From: a virus | Lineage: Duplodnaviria > Heunggongvirae > Uroviricota > Caudoviricetes | Virus record (IMG/VR): IMGVR_UViG_3300033463_000001 | Span: 275,298-327,393 of that record | Direction: 5' to 3' (one strand) | Length of the DNA: 52,096 bases | Program-made: the position numbers and the translations under genes | In this document: positions 46,762-52,096 of the stretch, one piece after another | Position numbering within the stretch: position 1 is the stretch's first letter | Layout of the letters: each line of letters starts with the position of its first letter | Notes under the pieces: generated by a model | Told to the model about the DNA's origin: nothing | The model's input: only the letters and a program-made list of their open reading frames with translations | Databases searched by the model: none

Positions 46762-47239
46762 TATGCACCATATCAACAATGCGTTTGATTCGATTAAGCA
46801 CAGCGCCCTCGAAATATACAATATCGGTTTCAGAGCCGGTCTAGCCGAGGGTGGTGTGAACATCTCTTTCTCAGAAGCTGATATTTTCTCATCAGATGAG
46901 GAATTAAAGCGTTATCAAGAACAGCGTAGAACGCGTGGGTTTGATGATACTGAGTTTTGGGATTTTGAGCGAACAATTGCAAAGTTCATGGTTCCTCGCC
47001 TGAAAGTCATCATTGAAACATTGAAGGCAGAGAAGGATACCAGGCATCGTGACTACATGCTTATTCCGGACTGCGAAAAGATGTTGGAAGGATTCACATA
47101 TGCACTAACACCTATTGAGGATTTGTGTAGTGAGTACGAGGTAATCAAACGACGTAATATCATTGAGTCAATACAAACAGCATTCGACCTTCTTGCAAAG
47201 CGACATGGAGACTTACACGTATTCCCAGGTGAAGAGTGA
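46742..47239 (+). CDS. hypothetical protein
   Basis: RGFDDTEFWD...TIAKFMVPRLK pattern. Confidence 0.7.
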   Translation: MAAIMHDMHHINNAFDSIKHSALEIYNIGFRAGLAEGGVNISFSEADIFSSDEELKRYQEQRRTRGFDDTEFWDFERTIAKFMVPRLKVIIETLKAEKDTRHRDYMLIPDCEKMLEGFTYALTPIEDLCSEYEVIKRRNIIESIQTAFDLLAKRHGDLHVFPGEE

Positions 47240-47522
47240 CGCACCGGCACCGCAGATGATTAAACTAAGGTCTGCATATGGCGCGATTAACTACTTGGAG
47301 TTGATATTGGATAGCGAAACAGTTGTCCAATATCAAGTCTTTAGTAACATGCCGATTAGCTTCTCTTACAACACACCGGAAGATATCGTTTCGTTCGATG
47401 TTGATGGAGGTGGCTCTCCGTATTTCGTTGGAGAAGAATACTTCGGTATGATTCTATGGAAGATTGTTTACCATCGCGAGTATGATGCGATATACGTATT
47501 TTTTCAAAAGAAAAAAAAATGA
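47163..47522 (+). CDS. hypothetical protein
   Basis: ORF; true start probably downstream (e.g. ATG 47256). Confidence 0.55.
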   Translation: MSQYKQHSTFLQSDMETYTYSQVKSDAPAPQMIKLRSAYGAINYLELILDSETVVQYQVFSNMPISFSYNTPEDIVSFDVDGGGSPYFVGEEYFGMILWKIVYHREYDAIYVFFQKKKK

Positions 47523-47908
47523 AGAAAAAGAAATTAGTACTAGCAATTGATTTTGACGGGACTATCGTAAACACTGACGATTGGACGTGTTGGGAGAAAC
47601 CTGTCATTCTTGGACTTCGAGAAGGAGCCAAGGAGTATATTCAGAAATTACACGATGACGGTCACACCATCATCATCAACACATGCCGGGATGCACACAA
47701 CCTCGCATTGTGTATAGACTATTTGGAACAGGAAGGTGTTTACTATGACCTTGTTAATTCCAACACACCAGAACATATCGCAAGGTTTAAACGCGATGGA
47801 CGTAAGGTGCTCGCAGATTTCTATATAGACGATAAAAATATTCTTGGTATCCCGTCATGGAAGGAAATCTATGAAATTGTAACAAAAGCTTCTATCATTA
47901 ACGACTAA
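47519..47908 (+). CDS. HAD-superfamily hydrolase
   Basis: AIDFDGTIV, IINTCR, ADFYIDDK. Confidence 0.85.
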   Translation: MKKKKLVLAIDFDGTIVNTDDWTCWEKPVILGLREGAKEYIQKLHDDGHTIIINTCRDAHNLALCIDYLEQEGVYYDLVNSNTPEHIARFKRDGRKVLADFYIDDKNILGIPSWKEIYEIVTKASIIND

Positions 47909-47912
47909 TAAT

Positions 47913-48884
47913 ATGGAGACATTACTAATCTTTATTCTAGCAGAGTTCTGCTTCTTTACTGTTGTACGGTATGGGTTGATTTTCGCGTTAAACATGTGGA
48001 TTAAACGCAATACCGGCCGTGAGTATCTGTATGATTATGACACTGAGACGCATGCGTTGATAGCCGACGACGAGTATGCTGATTCAGTTCGTTACCGTCT
48101 TACAATCCCTATCGAAAATATCGCCACCTTTATAAAAACAGTGAAGGCACGCAAAGAAGATAAGGTGAAGATATATCCGGATTGGGTTTATGAGAATAAA
48201 CACATTCGTGGCGTAGAGAATGTAATTGCTGAGGCTCTGAATCGTAAAGACCCTGTCACTGCAATGATACTTTCCTTCTTTGAGTGGAAATACAACGATA
48301 TTATGGACACTAATACAGCTAACGTCCTTTATACGATTATCATGGAATACCCTGATGAGTTCGACACGTTCTCTGAGGCGATGTATACCGCAAGTGATAG
48401 TGGAGAAGAGTATGTTGAGTTTATCCAGACCGTTGTAAACACGATTTCCAGTGAGGGCGACTACGAGAAGACGGAAAAATTGATTTCTGCATTCAATGGA
48501 ACTGTATTGAACCACAACACATCAAACGACTGGGCTTCTGAGGAAGAGCTTGCAGAGATGGATGGTAATATGGATGTTGTCCGCGAGAAGTTCATCCAGG
48601 CCGGTTGCCAAAACTCAATACAAGCACTGCGTCAGTCCATCAAAACAAATTCCGCAATCCTTGGCCTCATTGTAGTCTACGGAGATTGGATTGACGAGAA
48701 TAAGGTCATGCTGAACAACGAGCTAACAGACACTGTTGTTGAAGCTCTTAAAGCAACAGAAGGCGCATATAAGGCTGTGTTCAGTCAGGAACGCTTCCAA
48801 GAGTTCGCTAATGTATTGATAGCAAATCTTGAGATGCGTAATAAACTAGATGTCGTTGCCGAAATTGCGGAAATGTGCAAATAA
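47913..48884 (+). CDS. membrane-anchored hypothetical protein
   Basis: N-terminal TM, acidic helical body. Confidence 0.7.
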   Translation: METLLIFILAEFCFFTVVRYGLIFALNMWIKRNTGREYLYDYDTETHALIADDEYADSVRYRLTIPIENIATFIKTVKARKEDKVKIYPDWVYENKHIRGVENVIAEALNRKDPVTAMILSFFEWKYNDIMDTNTANVLYTIIMEYPDEFDTFSEAMYTASDSGEEYVEFIQTVVNTISSEGDYEKTEKLISAFNGTVLNHNTSNDWASEEELAEMDGNMDVVREKFIQAGCQNSIQALRQSIKTNSAILGLIVVYGDWIDENKVMLNNELTDTVVEALKATEGAYKAVFSQERFQEFANVLIANLEMRNKLDVVAEIAEMCK

Positions 48885-48906
48885 AATGCACGTTTCCAAA
48901 ATAATC

Positions 48907-48918
48907 GGACTATATTAG
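48907..48918 (+). promoter_or_regulatory. phage promoter motif GGACTATATTAG
   Basis: Exact motif upstream of ATG 48937. Confidence 0.75.
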
Positions 48919-48936
48919 ATACGAAATTCAAAAAAT

Positions 48937-49188
48937 ATGCCAGGAAGAATTGACATACCAATCTCTCAATTTGAGCAGATGATTAAAGATAAAGAAGACG
49001 CTAACAACGCCGCATACAAGCTACGCAAAGACTGTGAAGCATTGGCCGGCCGTGTTGAGAAGTTGGAGAGGGCATTTGATGAACTCTATAACATGTCGCT
49101 TTACGAACGAACTTTCGGTTGGCGCAAGTTGAAGGAGAAAGTAGACCAGATTCTAGCACCGACTGTTGGAGAAATTGAAACTGTTTAG
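48937..49188 (+). CDS. hypothetical coiled-coil protein
   Basis: First ORF after promoter motif. Confidence 0.7.
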   Translation: MPGRIDIPISQFEQMIKDKEDANNAAYKLRKDCEALAGRVEKLERAFDELYNMSLYERTFGWRKLKEKVDQILAPTVGEIETV

Positions 49189-49190
49189 CA

Positions 49191-49460
49191 ATGATAACAA
49201 TAGAGACATTGCGCAACACATTCAAGACGCAAGGTACATTTGTCAACCACTACGACAGCTTGAGGAAGTTTAAGACTGCAAGTATTACTCTTAGGCTCCC
49301 AACTACCCTTGAGATGAAGAATGAGATGGAGTTGCGTTATCAAATTGATTTGCAACACATTATGAAACCTGAGCGTACTCTCGTTGGTATTAAGCCATTG
49401 ATTGACGACGGATGGCTTCTTGATGAGGAAGAGAATTGTTTATATTTACCTTTATCATAA
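49191..49460 (+). CDS. hypothetical protein
   Basis: ORF. Confidence 0.6.
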   Translation: MITIETLRNTFKTQGTFVNHYDSLRKFKTASITLRLPTTLEMKNEMELRYQIDLQHIMKPERTLVGIKPLIDDGWLLDEEENCLYLPLS

Positions 49461-49481
49461 CATTTTAATTTAACACACACA

Positions 49482-49988
49482 ATGATTGTAGTATTTGAGG
49501 GTCGACTTGGCCGAGACCCAGAACTTAGAGAAGCGGCCAGCTCCGGTAAACAGTACTGGTATTACACAGTAGCGGTTAACGAATATGCCAGTGGCAATCG
49601 AACCACGTTATGGCTATCAATAAAAGACTTCGATTCCAATCGCAAGATTTACGAGACAGCACACAAGGGTTCGGGCGTACTTATCACAGGTGACATGCAG
49701 CCGCCTAGCATCTACAACAAAAAAGATGGCACCCAGGACATTGATATCAGCGTATTTGTCAACTCGATTACATATGCAATGTCTTCCGGCAAGGATGGTG
49801 ATGATACGCAGGCACAACAAGAACCTGCAAATAGTAGCAAACCGCAAAGTAAACCTGCTCCAGCACAGCCTCAGGCCGCTGAGGAACCGCAGGTGCACGG
49901 AAGTGGGATGAATGACTTCCAGCAACCAGACCCGCAGGATGCGTCAGGAAACTTGCTGGCAGGCGATAATGATGATTTACCGTTCTAA
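49482..49988 (+). CDS. ssb: single-stranded DNA-binding protein
   Basis: EGRLGRDPELRE OB fold, GSGVLITG, Q/P-rich linker, acidic DDLPF tail. Confidence 0.9.
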   Translation: MIVVFEGRLGRDPELREAASSGKQYWYYTVAVNEYASGNRTTLWLSIKDFDSNRKIYETAHKGSGVLITGDMQPPSIYNKKDGTQDIDISVFVNSITYAMSSGKDGDDTQAQQEPANSSKPQSKPAPAQPQAAEEPQVHGSGMNDFQQPDPQDASGNLLAGDNDDLPF

Positions 49989-49990
49989 TA

Positions 49991-51229
49991 ATGGAAAACG
50001 AGCAGGGGAATAGAAATTCTTTATTTGACTACAAAGGTGTTTACAGTGGATGGGATTTGAATTTTCTCGAAAAACCAACTGTCTCCACGGTAACACTGTA
50101 CGAACTTATAAACGAAAGTATTCCGAATTGTCTCTGTAAAGACATCTACATTAGCCAGGAGAATGCGCGTATCATGCGCAAGAAGGTGAAAAACGTTTTG
50201 GAAGATAAGTTAGATTCGTTACTCGGTAAGTTATACCAGAAACGCACTTTCATCCAGCGCCCACAACACCACCTGGTGAGTGTTATGTCCGGTGACAACA
50301 TCAACTCATTAGAAGACAGTGGTTTCACGGCTGATATTCCTTCTTACAACGAGAAATTGATAGATAATGAGTATACTACCGTCTTTATTTATGCTTTCAA
50401 AGCCGAAGACGGATTTGTGAATCTCATTTGTCTATCTAACACATGTACACTGTGCTGTTGTTCGTCTCCTGCTGGAGATGAGATTGTCTCTGAAATTTAT
50501 CAGACCTTCCTTGATTTGGAAGAGGAGCCTGAGATGAAGAAGAAAATCATGCTCGTTACTAAGTCCGAATACGGGTATAGCCTCGTTCCGATGGACGTCC
50601 TTCTTCCGGAGGAGTTTAACATCGACGAGCTGTATCCCGATGACTTCAAGAAGGTCGACGCTGGAGTCCGTGAGTTCATTGAGTCACAAAAGAGTGGATT
50701 GGTTATATTACACGGAATGCAGGGAACTGGTAAAACGACATATATCAGGTATATTATACACAACTACAACAAACAGTTTGTATTCTTGCCGGCCGATATG
50801 GTCAGTGAACTTACTACCCCGTCATTTGTCAATTTCCTGAAAGACAAAATGAAGGATTCTGTGTTGATAATCGAAGATTGCGAGGGCTTGCTGCGCGATA
50901 GGTCTAAACAGACATCTACCGGTACCGGAATCAGCAACATCCTCAATATGTCTGACGGATTGCTTGGTGATAGCATTAAACTCAAGTTTATCTGCACCTT
51001 CAATAGCAAGTACCAGGATATTGATAAAGCATTGCTGAGGAAGGGTAGGTTGAAACAGCAATATCGATTTGGAGAGCTCCCGGTTGAAAAAGCCAATCGC
51101 TTACTGCACAAAATGCATGGGGAAGACGCGAATACGGATAAACCAATGACACTTGCTGACATCTTCAACTTCAAGAGTGACAACAACGTTGAACAAGCAA
51201 CGAATCGGAATTTAATTGGGTATCAATAA
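49991..51229 (+). CDS. AAA+ ATPase (BCS1-like C-terminal domain)
   Basis: GMQGTGKT, LIIEDCE, ILNMSDGLLGD, IDKALLRKGRL. Confidence 0.88.
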   Translation: MENEQGNRNSLFDYKGVYSGWDLNFLEKPTVSTVTLYELINESIPNCLCKDIYISQENARIMRKKVKNVLEDKLDSLLGKLYQKRTFIQRPQHHLVSVMSGDNINSLEDSGFTADIPSYNEKLIDNEYTTVFIYAFKAEDGFVNLICLSNTCTLCCCSSPAGDEIVSEIYQTFLDLEEEPEMKKKIMLVTKSEYGYSLVPMDVLLPEEFNIDELYPDDFKKVDAGVREFIESQKSGLVILHGMQGTGKTTYIRYIIHNYNKQFVFLPADMVSELTTPSFVNFLKDKMKDSVLIIEDCEGLLRDRSKQTSTGTGISNILNMSDGLLGDSIKLKFICTFNSKYQDIDKALLRKGRLKQQYRFGELPVEKANRLLHKMHGEDANTDKPMTLADIFNFKSDNNVEQATNRNLIGYQ

Positions 51230-51239
51230 ATACAAAAAT

Positions 51240-51770
51240 ATGTCAATAGAAGATTCTAAGAAAATCATTGGGGCAGTCAGGGACTTGCTCAATTACAAAA
51301 ACGAAAAGTACGGGAATGCCGCATTGAAACCTTTGAATATATTCTACAAAGGCGATGCGCAAACAAGCATTACAATTCGTCTCGACGACAAGCTGTCACG
51401 CATCATGAATTGTCAGGACAAAATCCGTAAAAACGATATTGCAGATGTAGTTGGCTATTTGTTCTTACTCCTGATTTCACTGGGTGCATTTGAAGACGAA
51501 AAGAAACAAAGTGCTGATGCGTTCTCGAAGCGCCTTAATGAGGTATGTAACGGCCTTTATACCAAGATGACGCAAGTCGTTGCTGAGGATGATACTACTC
51601 CTGGTGTGTTTGTAAAGGAACCGGCGAGCCTGATTAATGCACAGACCATCCTTAGTGTTATTCACAAGTCTGATACATTGAGCATTGACAATGTAGTTCA
51701 GTTAACCGTTCTGCTTTTGCAAGTTATGGTTGAACACAACTACGTAGACTTGAGTGAGTTTAAGGATTGA
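51240..51770 (+). CDS. DUF1599/nucleotide-modification-associated domain protein
   Basis: KNEKYGNA...IRLDDKLSRI...D.VGYLFL pattern. Confidence 0.65.
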   Translation: MSIEDSKKIIGAVRDLLNYKNEKYGNAALKPLNIFYKGDAQTSITIRLDDKLSRIMNCQDKIRKNDIADVVGYLFLLLISLGAFEDEKKQSADAFSKRLNEVCNGLYTKMTQVVAEDDTTPGVFVKEPASLINAQTILSVIHKSDTLSIDNVVQLTVLLLQVMVEHNYVDLSEFKD

Positions 51771-51772
51771 GA

Positions 51773-51782
51773 GTATTTATAA
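51773..51782 (+). promoter_or_regulatory. putative late promoter motif GTATTTATAA
   Basis: Directly after stop 51770 and immediately upstream of candidate ncRNA. Confidence 0.6.
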
Positions 51783-51785
51783 ACG

Positions 51786-51934
51786 AGTGCAGGGGATACC
51801 ATAGCCAGTGCATGATAATGTTGTTCGTATTAACCTGTTGGGGTGAAACGGCTGGCGACTACTAATTCCGAGTGCCCTAATTACGGGACGTCTACTTCTT
51901 TCGAGGAGAGACAATCGCGAAAAGCGTCTGCACT
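51786..51934 (+). ncRNA. candidate structured ncRNA of unknown family
   Basis: Closing stem AGTGCAG/CTGCACT; internal stems GCCAG/CTGGC, CCC-taattac-GGG, GTCT-a-CTTCT-ttcg-AGGAG-AGAC, CGC-gaaaa-GCG; flanked by promoter motif and terminator. Confidence 0.6.
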
Positions 51935-51978
51935 ATACTCCCTTCCTAGTCTCGAATTAGGTGGGAGTATTTTTTTTT
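51935..51978 (+). terminator. Rho-independent terminator
   Basis: ATACTCCC..CCTA...TAGG.GGGAGTAT followed by T-tract. Confidence 0.8.
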
Positions 51979-51991
51979 AACACATTACATT

Positions 51992-52096
51992 ATGACAAAC
52001 ATAGAGAAACGAAATTTCTTTACAAAAGAGCTTAACAGTATTACCGAACCGAACGTACGTGAGTTCGTTGGTATTGTTCTTGACGGAACCGGCGAG
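51992..52096 (+). CDS. hypothetical protein, runs off window end
   Basis: MTNIEKRNFFTKELNSITEPNVREFVGIVLDGTGE, open to end of window. Confidence 0.6.
   Translation, partial: MTNIEKRNFFTKELNSITEPNVREFVGIVLDGTGE

Noticed and set aside
1656-48918. GGACTATATT resembles the reverse complement of the group I intron S element (AAGAUAUAGUCC)
   Set aside because: No interrupted genes or intron-sized structured inserts; position just upstream of start codons fits a promoter.
1300-51665. Numerous antisense or nested ORFs in the track (e.g. 4419-4868, 5238-5966, 33059-33652, 33722-34378, 41769-42347, 50764-51186)
   Set aside because: They lie opposite well-supported genes and show no motifs or promoters; typical shadow ORFs.
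51786-51934. Assignment of the ncRNA as RNase P, cobalamin/SAM/TPP riboswitch, hammerhead or tRNA
   Set aside because: Only fragments resemble them (GGGTGAAACGG, CTAATTCC, GACTAC); the required conserved cores (GAGGAAAGUCC, B12 box, CUGAUGA, T-arm/CCA) are absent.
1-52096. Alternative genetic code (TAG=Gln) as in some gut Bacteroidetes phages
   Set aside because: Long genes are intact under code 11, and TAG ends genes cleanly just before the next start or promoter (9553, 12270, 30509, 49188).
1-52096. tRNA/rRNA genes, transposases, integrase
   Set aside because: None recognisable in this window.

Overview
52 kb segment of a large lytic (jumbo-type) dsDNA tailed phage that most likely infects Bacteroidetes. 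Host evidence: four copies of the Bacteroidetes housekeeping promoter TTTG-N20-TAnnTTTG, plus Bacteroidetes-like ClpP, FKBP, ArdA and DUF4494 homologues. It uses the standard genetic code, is densely coding and lies almost entirely on the + strand. Contents: replication/recombination genes (Mre11/SbcD, Rad50/SbcC, RuvC-like resolvase, primase, SSB); two sigma-70-family factors and an RNAP alpha-CTD-like protein; a putative late block (head-associated proteins, holin-like, ArdA, spanin-like); a paralogue-rich accessory array; nucleotide metabolism (class II RNR, dUTPase, divergent ThyX, Nudix, HAD); RNA repair (RNA ligase, PNK/phosphatase, RlaP-like nucleotidyltransferase, phosphoesterases); and a Mom-like DNA-modification gene. 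Signals read directly from the sequence: three promoter classes (host-type x4, GGACTATATTAR x10, RTATTTATW x6), a repeated A-[cargo]-B gene cassette, several apparent pseudo-enzymes (ClpP catalytic Asp->Asn, ABC ATPase Walker-B Glu->Tyr), ArdA fused to a putative capsid-targeting leader, an origin-like palindromic AT-rich element, and a ~150-nt candidate structured ncRNA with its own promoter and terminator. All family assignments come from motif recognition by eye; no database searches were run.
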